Of a DNA stretch of 64,000 bases, positions 10,045-22,004 are shown piece after piece. Source of the stretch: Terriglobia bacterium (GTDB taxonomy: Bacteria; Acidobacteriota; Terriglobia; 20CM-2-55-15); contig CBDAOY010000005.1 in assembly GCA_965198225.1 (NCBI GenBank), positions 544,001 through 608,000 of the forward strand, read 5' to 3'. The notes under the pieces are model-generated. The model ran no database searches, was not told the DNA's origin, and saw nothing but the letters and a program-made list of their open reading frames with translations. Position 1 is the stretch's first letter, and each line of letters starts with the position of its first letter. The translations under genes were made by a program, and so were the position numbers.

Positions 10045-11470
10045 CAGACTGTGTGAAAAGTCGGCGACAGCCGGGCGGGAGTCGGTGAACTGGCTTCGGG
10101 TCCCCCATGGGGGTTGGTAAAATGTGTCATGGCACATATCACCGGTGAAGATCGTTCCCAACTTCTACTTCTGCCCGATGCTGTGGACGACTACGTGGGA
10201 CCGGACAACCCGGTCCGTTTCATTGATGCGTTCGTCGACGGCCTCGACCTTGAGGCTGCTGGAGTCCAGCGCGTTCGGCCCAACGACAAGGGCCGTCCGG
10301 GCTAGGATCCCGCGGATCTGCTGAAGCTGTATATCTATGGGTATCTGAATCGTATTCGGTCGAGCCGCAGGCTGGAGACAGAGACGCATCGCAACCTCGA
10401 GGCGATCTGGCTGCTACGCCAGCTGAAGCCCGACTTCAAGACGATCTTCGACTTCCGGCGCGACAATCGGCATGCGTTCCGGGCGGTTTTTCGGCAGTTC
10501 GTGCGGTTGTGCCGGGAACTCGACCTGTACGGGCGGGAGTTGATCGCCGTGGACGGCACGCGCATCAAGGCGGTGAACCAGCGGGACCGCAACTTCACGC
10601 GGGCCAAGCTGAAGACGGACCTGCAGCGTATCGACGACCGACTCGACCGCTACCTTGACCAGCTGAACGAGGCCGACGCGGATGATGCCGGCGGCAGAGC
10701 GGCTGCCGTGGCGGATCTTCAGGAGAAGATCGCATCGATCCGTAAGAGGAAGGAGACCTTGGAGGGGCATCGGCAGACGCTGGACGATACCGGAGAAGCC
10801 CAGCTGTCGCTTACGGATCCGGACTCCCGGTCAATGCATTCCAGGACACGGGTCGGAGTGGGCTACAACGTCCAGATCGCTGTCGACACCAAGCACAACC
10901 TGATCGCCGAACAGCAGGTCCATAGCAAGGTCTCGGACCTGGGTCTGCTCGCGGAGACGGCTACAGCGGCTCGGGAGAACTTGCCTGTCGACGAGATCGA
11001 CGCAATCGCGGACCGAGGCTACTACAAGATCGAAGACATTGAGGACTGCGAAGCCGCCGGGATCACGCCCTACGTTCCGAAGCCCGACCGGAGCACGGCC
11101 AGACGCAGTGGCCACTTTCCGAAGTCCGATTTCCAATACGACGACGCCACGGACACCTACCGGTGCCCCGCTGGTGAGCGCCTGGTGCCGTTGTATCGCC
11201 GAAGCGTGGGTAAGTCGCGCACAGGCACGTATCTTGTCAGTTACGCCAACCGCGCCGCATGCAGAGGCTGCGGTCTAGGCGAACGATGTACCAAGAACAC
11301 CTATCGGCGCATCACGCGCTTCGAGAACGAAGCAACGATGGAGCGCATGGCGAACCGTCTCGCCGCCCGGCCCGAGGTGATGGATCGTCGCCGGGAGTCG
11401 GTCGAGCATCCCTTCGGTTCGATTAAGCAGTGGATGGGCCAAGGCGCGTTCCTGATGCGCTGGCTCGGTT
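10045..11470 (+). mobile_element. IS1182-family element, copy 1 (nonsense codon, 3' truncated)
   Basis: Left end CAGACTGTGTGAAAAGTCG as in copy 2; TAG at 10303 where copy 2 has TAC; similarity lost after ~11468. Confidence 0.92.
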
Positions 11471-11568
11471 GAACGAGTTTTTCGATGCTAAGACCGACGA
11501 GTTGCTGTCCTGGCACGGGTAGTTCATGTAAAAATTCATAATTCCCGTTTCCCGGGCAAGGAGGAACC

Positions 11569-11886
11569 ATGATGCTAGTGGGCAAGTGCTCTTTTATCGT
11601 TGGATTGGTGATCGCTGTGGCCGGAGGCTTAGGCTTTGAACAAGCTTGGTTTGGCTGGGTACTCGCAGTGCTCGGTCTGATCGTTGGATTCTTGAATGTC
11701 AGCGACAAGGAGAGTCAGACCTTCCTCTTAGCGGCGATAGCGCTGATCGTAGCGGCAACCGCTGTCGGAGCGATCCCCTACATCGGGGATGTGGTGACCC
11801 GGGTCATCGCGAATCTCGTGCTCTTCCTGGGGGGCGCGGTCTTGGTCGTAGCGGTTAAGAGTCTGTTCGCGGTAGCGAGAGATTGA
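11569..11886 (+). CDS. Small multi-pass membrane protein of unknown function, copy 2
   Basis: 105 aa, 3-4 hydrophobic segments, AAGGAGG RBS; highly similar to 51308-51625. Confidence 0.88.
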   Translation: MMLVGKCSFIVGLVIAVAGGLGFEQAWFGWVLAVLGLIVGFLNVSDKESQTFLLAAIALIVAATAVGAIPYIGDVVTRVIANLVLFLGGAVLVVAVKSLFAVARD

Positions 11887-12211
11887 AGTCGCTCTGACGC
11901 AGGCGGCAACGGGGCCGGAAAGACTTTTCACGAAAGAGGCGTTCTCGCCCAGTCGCTTTCAGCACTACACCCGCCCCATGAAACCGACGTCCGGATCGAT
12001 CTCGCGGGTCTCGGCCATCGCGTCCACCTAGTCAAGGAGGGTGAAAGGGTGCCGTGCCTAGGGCGACGTGTCCGGCGTCCTCGGCTCGCGGCGCACGATT
12101 TGAAGACCCGGTTTCAGGCTGTCGCGTTGTTTCATGGTGATAAAACCGCCGTTCGGTGATGGCTTCGCGGACTGCCGCCTGGGATCGGGGGGCTGAGGCA
12201 CCGCGCCGCCC

Positions 12212-12457
12212 TCACCTGAACCGCCGGTACCCCCTCGCCTCGCGCAGGCGCGCCTCGGCCAGCTCCTCCGCCGCGGCTCGCGGGAGCAGCCCTTTGTCCC
12301 GTGAACGCTCGAGCGTTTCACGCGTGTTCGTGCCGACTTTCTCTTCGATCGTCGCCAGAGCCTGGGTCGGGCCACCCCCGTGGTATTCGACCGCCGCGCA
12401 GATGACGCCGCCGGCGTTGGCGATGAAGTCGGGGATGCTCACGACCCCATTCTCGTG
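12212..12457 (-). pseudogene. Glu/Leu/Phe/Val dehydrogenase C-terminal fragment
   Basis: IPDFIANAGGVI motif; cut by the IS5 end. Confidence 0.82.
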
Positions 12458-13561
12458 GACCTTGTTGCATGGATCATCCCGAAGGATGTCTTATCATTGT
12501 GTTTTTCAACACCGGGGATAACTTAGATGCCACATAAGTTCAACGCAGCCCGACGGCACAAGTTTGATAAGGCGCAGTACCGGGTGATCAACTGGGCGGA
12601 ATATAACGAGAGCCTGCGCCAGCGGGGTGATCTGACGATTTGGGTCAGTGATGAGGCTCAAAGTGTGTGGCGCGCGCCGCGCCGCACGTCACGGGGTGGC
12701 CAGCGGAGATACTCGGATCTGGCTATCGAGACATGCCTGACGCTGCGCACGGCGTATCGGCTTGGGTTGCGACAAACGCAGGGGCTGATGGGTTCCATCG
12801 GCACGCTCATGGGGCTGGATATACGGGTGCCGGACTTCTCCACACTGTCGCGTCGCGCAAACGGCTTGAGCATCGCGCAGGTGATGAGGCAAGCCGGGTC
12901 TGTGCCTGTCCATCTGGTGGTGGACAGTACCGGCCTCAAGATCTTCGGCGAAGGGGAATGGCTCGCGCAGAAACATAAAACCAGGGGAATACGCCGCCGC
13001 TGGCGCAAACTCCACCTCGGACTGGACCTCCATAGCGGTGCGATTGTTTGCGCCAATCTGACTCACGATGACGTTGGAGACAGCACCGCCTTGCCCGGGC
13101 TCCTGGATCAACTCGATGCCCCTGTCACGGGCTTTCTGGCGGACGGCGCCTATGATGGAGCGTCCACACGGGATCTGCTGAGGGAACGGTATGGGGAGAC
13201 CCTGGATGTGGTTATACCGCCGCCAAAGAACGCAGTGATCCGACCGCAATCGGCGCGGGATCCAACCGTTCGGGATCGCCATATTGCCCAGATCCGCAGC
13301 AACGGCCGCATGGCCTGGCAAGTGGCCACAGGGTACAACCAGCGCAGCCGGATAGAAACGCAGATCGGCCGGTGGAAGAGCGTCATCGGCCCCAAGCTCA
13401 AATCTCGCAGCTTCTCCAGGCAAATCACGGAGATCCAGGTCGGCCAGAAAGTCCTGAACACAATGACCGCACTCGGACGGCCTGTGTTCGAACGTATCGC
13501 CTGACGCTACCGCTTTGGAAAGGGCGAATTCCATCTCCGCCCCGATCCATGCAACAACGCT
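12458..13561 (+). mobile_element. IS5-family (IS903-like) element, copy 1; transposase 12527-13504
   Basis: IRs GACCTTGTTGCATGGATC and GATCCATGCAACAACGCT; motifs NWAEYNESL, VDSTGLK, WRKLHLG, DGAYD, YNQRSRIE. Confidence 0.95.
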
Positions 13562-14875
13562 TCATAGCTGTAGCTCCGCCAACGCCCTCCGGGCGCATTC
13601 TGCTCGTCCCAGGTCGCCTTGCGCTCGTGCCGGTTCAGCGGGTTGTAGCATTTGACAAAATCCGACAGATCCTCGAAGCGCATCGGCTTCTTCTTCAGTG
13701 TGTGGTGGATATTGGTGCGGTAGTCGTAGAACCAGACCTGCTTCGTCCAGGGGTTCGGGCTGGCTTCGTGGTTATCGAAAAAGATCACATTGGCCTTAAC
13801 CCCTTGCGCGTAGAACACGCCGGTCGGAAGTCGCAGGATGGTGTGCAGGTCCGTGTTTTCCAGAAGCTTCTTTCGGATGGGTCTCACCGGCACCGCCCTC
13901 GAACAGCACGTTGTCGGGTACGACGACGGCCGCACGGCCGGTGGTTTTCAACATCGTGCGAATGTGCTGCACGAAATTGAGTTGCTTGTTCGACGTGGTC
14001 GCCCAGAAGTCCTGCCGGTTGTAGGTCAGGTCGTCCTTTTCCTGTTCGCCTTCCTCGTTGGTAAAGCTCATGGAACTCTTCTTGCCGAAAGGCGGGTTCG
14101 CGAGCACATAGTCAAAGCGCTTGCCGGCGTCGGCCACAAGCGAGTCATTCGCCGATATGGGTGCGCCGCCATCGATCTCACCGATGTTGTGCAGGAACAT
14201 GTTCATCAGGCACAGACGACGCGTGTTGGCAACGATCTCGTTGCCATGAAACGCATCGTGCTTCAGGAAGGCCTTCTGCTTCTTGTCGAGCGTGAAGTTA
14301 TCCGGATTGGTGATGAAGTCGTAGGCCGCCAGAAAGAATCCCCCGGTACCGCAGGCCGGGTCGGCGATAAGCTTACCCGGTTCGGGCCGCACGCATTCGA
14401 CCATGGCGCGGATGAGAGCACGCGGCGTGAAATATTGTCCGGCGCCCGATTTCGTGTCCTCGGCGTTTCGCTCCAGCAGGTTTTCGTAAATATCGCCCTT
14501 GATGTCGGCGCCCATGGTGACCCACTCGGTGTCGTCGACCATGTCGATCAGGCGGTACAGTTTCGCCGGGTCCTGGATCTTGTTCTGGGCCTTGGTAAAG
14601 ATCTGCCCCAACATGCCCTTCCTGGTGCCGAGTGTGCGGAGCAGCGCAATGTAGTGGCTTTCCAGTTCCGCGCCATTCCTGGACTTTAGGCTCTGCCAGT
14701 TGTATTCGGCGGGGATGCTGACATCGCGGTCGTAAGGCGGTTTCGCATATTCGTCAGCCATCTTCAGGAAGATCAGATAGGTAAGCTGCTCCAGGTAGTC
14801 GCCATAGCCGACCCCGTCATCGCGCAGGGTGGTGCAGAAGCTCCAGACTTGGGAGACGATGGGGGCGGTGTTCAT
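13562..14875 (-). pseudogene. hsdM: Type I R-M methyltransferase HsdM, 5' part (frameshift near 13880, cut by IS5)
   Basis: GQYFTPR, DPACGTGGF, NPPF motifs; continues in a second frame LRLPTGVFYAQGVKANV. Confidence 0.93.
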
Positions 14876-16479
14876 GCGGAGGTGTTCTTCCCCTTGATCT
14901 GTTCAGCGAGGGCCTCGCCTTGAGCGGTTCGGCGATAGCGTTGGTTTCGGCTATTCGGCTTGTCGGGGAGGGTCATTTCAACCAGTTCGGCCTTAAGGGC
15001 GGGCCGCAAATAGACCGTGGCGAAGTGGCGGCGGTGTCTCAGTTGCAGTGCCATTTGCAGTTCCGCCCGGCTCATCTCTCCGGTGAGCGCAGTCATCAGT
15101 TGCTCGACATGTGCGGTGACTTGGTCGGTCGTTTGTGAGGTATGCCGAGTATTGTCCTGCTTTATCAAAGACGTATCTTGTGCGGTGACTTGGTCGGTCT
15201 CATGTTTGGTCGCCACATGTGACGCCCGCTCGTGCACTGGCAGACGAACCAGAAACCAGGTGCGATCCTCGTCGCCTTCAAACACCGGCGCCGGGGAGCC
15301 GTTCTGCTGCATGGCTCGCAGAATCTTGGGTATTCCGGTTGACCTGCCCTCGGCCAACTCGAGTTCCTTGAGAAACTCTCCAATTCGACGATTGCGGTAG
15401 CGGCGGCCGATCGGCCTGCCCTTTTGCAGGTCTTCCATGCGGATTGACCGGTCGGCGCCGGGAAAACTCAAGATCGGCAGTTCTTGTGGGGTGATGCGCA
15501 CCTCCACCGGCTCTCGTTCTTCATATGAACGGTGATAGATCGCATTCACCAACGCCTCTTCGATGGCACCAATGGGAAAGTTCCAGAATCGCTCCGCTTC
15601 GGGCTTGTGTGGATGCTTGACGACAGTTTCCTTCAGGTAGTTTCGTCCGATGTAGCTGATCGCCTCGCTGAGGATGATCGACAGAGGACCCTGAAAGATC
15701 TTTTCCTCAAAGCGGTCACCACCGGCCCCGTCGGGAAACCATACGACATCGATCTGGGTCGCGGAGAAGAAATCGTGCGGCCGGTCGTTGAAAAACAGCA
15801 AGCCGACGTTCTTGGGGAACATCGTTTCGGGAGGACCGCCGACGATGTTCATGCGCTGCCCCAGGGCCGTCATTGAAAGCTCTGCGGCTTCTGCGGCAAG
15901 GTCGCTGCCAACTTCCCCGAGAAATTGCTCAATCAGTCGAAGGGACAGATCTTCCATCGAGGACGCCTGGTGGTAACGGTCGTCGAACGGCACGGTGGCG
16001 GCCAAGCCGAGCAATTCTCGTTCGTCGCCGCCCTTGGCCCGGACGGTGCTGCTGTGCTTGCGAATGAAGTAGGCCCATTCCGGCCGTTTCGTCGTCAGAT
16101 TGACTTTGGCCTTGTAAGGGCGAGTTTCCCCGCCGGGCGCCCACAGCACGACAACCGTCCTGCCTTCAACGTTGTAGCTGGCAGTGAGTGGATGGTAATG
16201 GGGCTGCATAGCGGAATGCCCCAGACTCAGCAACTCCTTCTGCGCAGCGTCGATACGCTCGTCGTCGATGCCTTTGGGTGGCAGCAGTGGGCGTCCGTTT
16301 TGTTCTTCGACACCTAAAACCACATAACCGCCGCCTAGATTGTGGAAGTCGTTGGCGAAGGCGCAGATCGTGTGCAACACACTCTTGGGATTCCAACCGG
16401 CCTTGTATTCGATGCGCTCGCCTTCAATGGTGCGTTGGCGCAGCAGGTGGTCGATGTTGATGGGAAGCTTACCCGTCAT
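14872..16479 (-). CDS. AlbA/Schlafen-like DNA-binding domain + ATP-binding (RecG-C/HATPase-like) + C-terminal HTH protein
   Basis: EGERIEYK, ICAFAND..GGYVVLGV, EEALVNAIYHRSY, RYRNRRIGEFLKEL..EGRSTGIPKI, PDKPNSRNQRYR. Confidence 0.85.
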   Translation of the reverse strand: MTGKLPINIDHLLRQRTIEGERIEYKAGWNPKSVLHTICAFANDFHNLGGGYVVLGVEEQNGRPLLPPKGIDDERIDAAQKELLSLGHSAMQPHYHPLTASYNVEGRTVVVLWAPGGETRPYKAKVNLTTKRPEWAYFIRKHSSTVRAKGGDERELLGLAATVPFDDRYHQASSMEDLSLRLIEQFLGEVGSDLAAEAAELSMTALGQRMNIVGGPPETMFPKNVGLLFFNDRPHDFFSATQIDVVWFPDGAGGDRFEEKIFQGPLSIILSEAISYIGRNYLKETVVKHPHKPEAERFWNFPIGAIEEALVNAIYHRSYEEREPVEVRITPQELPILSFPGADRSIRMEDLQKGRPIGRRYRNRRIGEFLKELELAEGRSTGIPKILRAMQQNGSPAPVFEGDEDRTWFLVRLPVHERASHVATKHETDQVTAQDTSLIKQDNTRHTSQTTDQVTAHVEQLMTALTGEMSRAELQMALQLRHRRHFATVYLRPALKAELVEMTLPDKPNSRNQRYRRTAQGEALAEQIKGKNTSA

Positions 16480-17430
16480 GCTGTTGCTTTGGCGCGTCTA
16501 CGTCTTCCTGGGGTGACGGTCTTGTCAGGATGTACTGCTCTTTCGGCTTTGATTCGTCCGAGCAATGCAGACGCGGGCTCATCGTTGGCGTCTTGGGGGA
16601 CCAGTTGTCCGGTGAAGGCTTTTTTCAGGATCGATTGGCGAAGAGATTCGGCACGTTGAAGCTCTGTTTCAATTGCTGTGCCACAATCACGACAAATAGA
16701 TAGTTTTTCATCCAGAAGCCTGGTAATTTCCTGTTGCTCTTCTTCTGAACAGACGGGAACTACCACATGTTGGATGTCGCGCAAATAGATCGCTTGTTGA
16801 GCGGTCGCCCCCGATGATGACACTACGCGCCTATTAATTTCTGGCGACTTGAGTGCGTCAATCAAGAACCTGCTATCAATCGGATCAGATACCTTGATCA
16901 GAATTACGCTCCCAAGAAGGCAAAATGTCACATCTGTATCGACGATGCACATCCTGCCTACTGTTGCCCCGCGGCTTACTATCAGAATGTCACCCTTTTC
17001 TGGGTCACACCGCAACCTCGCTTCGCGTGCGGTCGATTTAGTAATATAGAGTGGATCAATTAATGAAATCCCGCCTTCCCTAATGTCTTTCGCAGACGAG
17101 AAAGGGATACCATAGTCTTGTACCGGAGGTCTAAAATGTTCCCCATCTGTAAGGCCCTTTTTGAAGACAACTCGCCCAGTTTCTGCCATGCCCAACCGCG
17201 CGGTAACGCCGGCAATGAAGACATATCCGTTTCGTCTAAAGGCGAAACGTCCATAGGCTTCTTTGGCTTTGTCGTCTTCTTCCCCGGTGTTCCCCACCCC
17301 TTGACAGATGTCTCCCACTCCTGGTGTTGCCGTTCGTAGATAGCCTCCCGCTCCTGCTTGATGCGAGCGAGCAATTGCTCTGGCTTCTCAAGTTTGTCTT
17401 TGTTCTCTTCGCGCCACTTGGCCGTGAGCT
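16476..17430 (-). pseudogene. hsdS: Type I R-M specificity subunit HsdS, 3' part, frameshifted
   Basis: LTAKWR..PEQLLARIKQER, LPRGWAW, EEQQEI, LRQSILKKAFTGQLVPQD..EPASALL. Confidence 0.85.
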
Positions 17431-17545
17431 TTCGTCGTGGTTGGCTTCCAGATATTGCTTGAAATCCTGCACCACCGCTTCCGCGTTCTCGTGCGCGTCG
17501 CCCTCCCATCCGGTTTCGATCACGGTGTCCGGGTTCTCATGATCG
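17425..17545 (-). pseudogene. Probable HsdR C-terminal fragment
   Basis: NPDTVIETGW..AEAVVQDFKQYLEANHDE resembles the EcoEI-type HsdR C-terminus; abuts hsdS. Confidence 0.55.
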
Positions 17546-17666
17546 ATGGTTTGTTCCTTGCGAATGCATCCGCCCAGCGCAACGGGTCGATCGCAGGCGG
17601 CGGCCTTCCCAAATCGGCGAAACAGGTTTCAGAAGACCGTGACTATTATCTACAATTTCCGGCGAA

Positions 17667-17961
17667 CATGACCGAAGACGAACGCCAGGACCTGCTTAGA
17701 ACGGTAAGCGAGAGCCACGCGAGCCTGTCCGAGGTCGCCCTCAAGTTACGGCGGGCACTGCCGCCGAAAGCCCCCGCACTGAAGGCAGCGATAAAGGCTG
17801 AGCGTGGGGCCTTCGATCTCAAGCGCACGCTTCAGCAACTCGTTGTTGAGGACCTTGAACAAGCAAAAGGGCTCGTGGCATTGCCCGAGGTTCGCCTGGG
17901 CGGCAAGGTGGTCGACGTGAAGCTGCTATTACGGCAAAAGGATCGGCGCGAGGAGCCATGA
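17667..17961 (+). CDS. Hypothetical helical protein
   Basis: MTEDERQDLL.. 97 aa ORF, no recognised motif. Confidence 0.45.
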
Positions 17962-18104
17962 ATGGCTGTCGGCGGTCAGCGAGATGTAGAACGGCTCCCG
18001 GCACTCCTATAGTTCCTGAATGACCTTTATATATTTGGTGAGATCGGCGCTCGTCACCATGTCCGCCAAGGCGCCATAAGTCATGGCCACGTGTCTAGAA
18101 TAAT

Positions 18105-18430
18105 GAACGTCTTTCTAAACGATATCCGACTACAGATTGTTCTGGAGTCGATAGTCGTTAATTGTCGCAAACAGACCTCGGTTCGCCTTTTCTTGGACGC
18201 CGCGTTGAAAACCGTCACCACCGCTGCATCTCCACTCGTTCGCAGGAGCTCGCCAACCAGAAGTTGGAGATCCTCCAGTTCAGCCAGACACGCCACTGCC
18301 AAAGCCAAGTGGAAACTGCTCGGCCGGCCCAAGGGGGCCTTGGGAACATCTACTGTTGGGCAAGGATGTCTCCAAGGCCTCAATCGCCAAGATTTTGGAC
18401 GTCTCCTGCTCCGCCCTCTACCACTTCACC
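18105..18430 (+). pseudogene. res-like region plus collapsed resolvase remnant
   Basis: LKTV..ISTRSQELANQKLEIL, LLGRPKG, SKASIAKILDVS..LYHF pieces; upstream part repeated at 57026-57170. Confidence 0.6.
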
Positions 18431-18624
18431 AAACCCGCAAGATCGTTCCAAATTGACCCTAAAGCGCCTGGGCGCCCTTATGCGGTAGTTAAACAGCAAT
18501 CCAGGAGGCTAGCCTGTCAGTCCGTGCTGGAGTTCCGTGGTCAACCGCCTCGGCGGTCAAGTGGTGTAATCGGGAATCAAGCCTCCCTTGATAAGCCTGC
18601 GGCAATGCCGCACAATTAAGGCCT

Positions 18625-18951
18625 GTGCGTATCTTCACCACCAGAACCTACGAGCGCGCCGTTCGCAAGCTCATGTCCGAAGTGGAGCGCCAGAAAATGG
18701 AGGCGGAGATCGTTGCCGATCCCGGCCGGGCGCCTTTGCTCCGAGGAACGGGAGGTATTCGCAAGCTGCGTTGGACAGGATCGGGACGGGGAAAGCGAGG
18801 CGGAATTCGGACAATTTACTTCCATCACGCAGGACCGGAGGCCATCTATATGCTGACAGCCTATGCGAAGGCCGACCGAGACGACCTGACTCCGGCAGAC
18901 CGGAAAACCCTATCGCGGCTGGTGGCCGCGATCAAGAAAGAGGGGAGGTAA
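18625..18951 (+). CDS. RelE/HigB-type toxin
   Basis: GTGGIRKLRW..GRGKRGGIRTIYF..YMLTAYAK. Confidence 0.9.
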   Translation: MRIFTTRTYERAVRKLMSEVERQKMEAEIVADPGRAPLLRGTGGIRKLRWTGSGRGKRGGIRTIYFHHAGPEAIYMLTAYAKADRDDLTPADRKTLSRLVAAIKKEGR

Positions 18952-18955
18952 GACG

Positions 18956-19261
18956 ATGACGACGAAACGAACCCAAGTGGGTCGAGAGGCGGAGGCAGCC
19001 TTGGGGGAGGTTCTTGCCCATGTGCGCGGCGAAGTGGATCTGCCGTGCCGCATTGTCGACGATCCCACTGCAGAGCACATTCTTGCGCTACGGAAGCGTA
19101 TGAAATTGAGCCGCCAGAAGTTCGCGGACCGATTCGGTCTCGACGCACGTGCCGTGCAGGAATGGGAACAGGGGCGCCGCGTTCCAGATCGCGCCGCCCG
19201 CGTTCTGCTGACCGTCATCGACCGCGACCCTGAGGCGGTCGTGCGTGTGCTCAGCGAGTAA
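18956..19261 (+). CDS. HigA-type XRE HTH antitoxin
   Basis: LSRQKFADRFGL..VQEWEQGRRVPDRAARVLL. Confidence 0.9.
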   Translation: MTTKRTQVGREAEAALGEVLAHVRGEVDLPCRIVDDPTAEHILALRKRMKLSRQKFADRFGLDARAVQEWEQGRRVPDRAARVLLTVIDRDPEAVVRVLSE

Positions 19262-19925
19262 CGGGCGCGAGAGAATGCGCAGAACGTCAAGCATGGCCTG
19301 AAATGGCTGGTTACCATCACAATGCCACTTAATCAACTCGGTTTCGTTAAGCACAGAAGTAGCATTAGTGAGCGAATAGAGGACCAGATTCGTAGGGTAT
19401 TTTCCATGCTTGACCAATCCGGGGAGGTCTGTCGCGATCCAGATCTGGGCCGATTCGAGCAAGTAGAAGAGTAAGAGCACGTAGTAGCCCCTGTGGACCC
19501 TGTGAAAAAAGCAGAATCGAAACATTTTAGAGCCGGAATCGGAGTCGGAAAAAGACCCTTTTAGGTTGAAAACCGGGGAAATCGGAATCGGATGGAGGTA
19601 AGGCCTGTCTGTATGGGAGAGGCGAGAGCACCGATGCCCTAACGACTTGCCGTAGAAGGCCGCTCACGACGTTTAGAGCCTTGGAGACGTAGCAGAAACC
19701 CCCTTGACGCATCCCCTCCCACCGTCCAGGCGAGCCTAGGAGCCTGTCGGCAATAAGAAATCTGGAGAAGTCTGAAGCGCCCCATCGCGATTTCAGGATG
19801 AAGGCCACCTTGGGAAGCGTTTGCTCAGACAGATCCATGAGATGAGATTGCGGCAGCCCCCATTGAGCGCGATACGTATTTTTCATCCGCGGATTCTGTG
19901 TTTGCCAGGATCTCCCTGCTTCGAT

Positions 19926-20327
19926 TCAAGCCGCCAGTGGCTTGAATCCTCCTCCGTAACGAAACAACTTCAGGATGTTGTGGGTCAAACAGACCAGTTG
20001 CCATTCCGCCCGCACGTTCTCGAGACCGCGGAAACTGAAACGCCGGAATCCCCGGCATTCCCGGGTCTGTCCGAATACCGGTTCCACAATCACCTTGCGC
20101 ATCTTGTAGACGGCCCGCCCCACATCGCTGTCCAGTTTCTGTTTCATTTGCTCCCGTACGCCGGCGCCTTCAGCCGCTCCGGGCGGGCCGCCGGAAGACT
20201 TCGGGGATGCGCCGGTCCGGACTCGCCCCGTGGCCCCGTGTAAATCGATCCCTGCGGCTCGCGGGTCGGTCACCTGCCTGGGGCTCCAATACCCGGCATC
20301 CGCGCTGACCGCGACGGGCCGGGTCCC
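19926..20327 (-). pseudogene. IS1182-family transposase C-terminal fragment (second type)
   Basis: YKMRKVIVEPVFGQ..RGFRRFSFRGLENVRAEWQLVCLTHNILKL. Confidence 0.85.
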
Positions 20328-21431
20328 AGCGTTGTTGCATGGATCGGGGCGGAGATGGAATTCGCCCTTTCCAAAGCGGTAGCGTCAGGCGATACGTTCG
20401 AACACAGGCCGTCCGAGTGCGGTCATTGTGTTCAGGACTTTCTGGCCGACCTGGATCTCCGTGATTTGCCTGGAGAAGCTGCGAGATTTGAGCTTGGGGC
20501 CGATGACGCTCTTCCACCGGCCGATCTGCGTTTCTATCCGGCTGCGCTGGTTGTACCCTGTGGCCACTTGCCAGGCCATGCGGCCGTTGCTGCGGATCTG
20601 GGCAATATGGCGATCCCGAACGGTTGGATCCCGCGCCGATTGCGGTCGGATCACTGCGTTCTTTGGCGGCGGTATAACCACATCCAGGGTCTCCCCATAC
20701 CGTTCCCTCAGCAGATCCCGTGTGGACGCTCCATCATAGGCGCCGTCCGCCAGAAAGCCCGTGACAGGGGCATCGAGTTGATCCAGGAGCCCGGGCAAGG
20801 CGGTGCTGTCTCCAACGTCATCGTGAGTCAGATTGGCGCAAACAATCGCACCGCTATGGAGGTCCAGTCCGAGGTGGAGTTTGCGCCAGCGGCGGCGTAT
20901 TCCCCTGGTTTTATGTTTCTGCGCGAGCCATTCCCCTTCGCCGAAGATCTTGAGGCCGGTACTGTCCACCACCAGATGGACAGGCACAGACCCGGCTTGC
21001 CTCATCACCTGCGCGATGCTCAAGCCGTTTGCGCGACGCGACAGTGTGGAGAAGTCCGGCACCCGTATATCCAGCCCCATGAGCGTGCCGATGGAACCCA
21101 TCAGCCCCTGCGTTTGTCGCAACCCAAGCCGATACGCCGTGCGCAGCGTCAGGCATGTCTCGATAGCCAGATCCGAGTATCTCCGCTGGCCACCCCGTGA
21201 CGTGCGGCGCGGCGCGCGCCACACACTTTGAGCCTCATCACTGACCCAAATCGTCAGATCACCCCGCTGGCGCAGGCTCTCGTTATATTCCGCCCAGTTG
21301 ATCACCCGGTACTGCGCCTTATCAAACTTGTGCCGTCGGGCTGCGTTGAACTTATGTGGCATCTAAGTTATCCCCGGTGTTGAAAAACACAATGATAAGA
21401 CATCCTTCGGGATGATCCATGCAACAAGGTC
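20328..21431 (-). mobile_element. IS5-family element, copy 2, inverted; transposase 20385-21362
   Basis: Same protein and IRs as 12458-13561. Confidence 0.95.
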
Positions 21432-21618
21432 CAGCTATGAGGAGATCGTATCGCGCGAGAAGACGAATCTGGACCTCTTCTGGCTCAGGGACAAGAGCCT
21501 GACCGACCTGGACAACCTGCCCGAACCCGACGATCTCGCCGAAGACATCATCGAGAACCTCGGAGCCGGCCTCAATAGTTTTCGCGAGGTGCTCGCGGGT
21601 TTGCGGAAGGCAGAGTAG
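21432..21618 (+). pseudogene. hsdM: HsdM 3' end displaced by inversion
   Basis: SYEEIVSREKTNLDLFWLRDKSL..LPEPDDLAEDII; starts with the 9-bp duplication CAGCTATGA. Confidence 0.9.
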
Positions 21619-21679
21619 TTGTGAGCAAATCGTCAGACGAGGGCGCGGACGCCTGGTGACGTGGAGATGTGGCAGGAAT

Positions 21680-21936
21680 CCATGAGTCTCAAAACCCGGC
21701 AGAACTGCTTGGTTCGGAAACTCCGCCGCCCGCCGCCGCGCAAGCATTCGGCTGAAGAGAAAACCCGAATTGTTGTTGGGGACTTCGCGGTACGGCATCT
21801 CCGGTTCAAGCAGGTCCAGTATCGAAATCTCCTCCACCACGAACCGCGCCAGATGCGGCTCCAGAAACCAGTACTGGACCAATGATGGCAAGAAATGTGG
21901 CGTCTCTCGATCGACCGTTCGAAATCGTTCGCTCAT
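21680..21936. pseudogene. Head-to-head fragments: IS3 orfA N-terminus (+) and IS1182 N-terminus (-)
   Basis: RKHSAEEKTRIVV on +; MSERFRTVDRETPHFLP..HLARFVVE on -. Confidence 0.65.
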
Positions 21937-22004
21937 GCCCGCATTCTTATACCCCCCGTTGGCTGTTTAGGGTCCCGAAAGTACGGTAGGTCGCTGCTAA
22001 CGTC

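Noticed and set aside
10303-10305. Stop-codon readthrough or recoding (also TGA at 4914)
   Set aside because: The sister copy has TAC and both genes carry other lesions, so these are nonsense mutations.
12458-21431. Composite transposon carrying R-M and TA cargo
   Set aside because: Outer flanks share no duplication; the duplication pattern fits an inversion instead.
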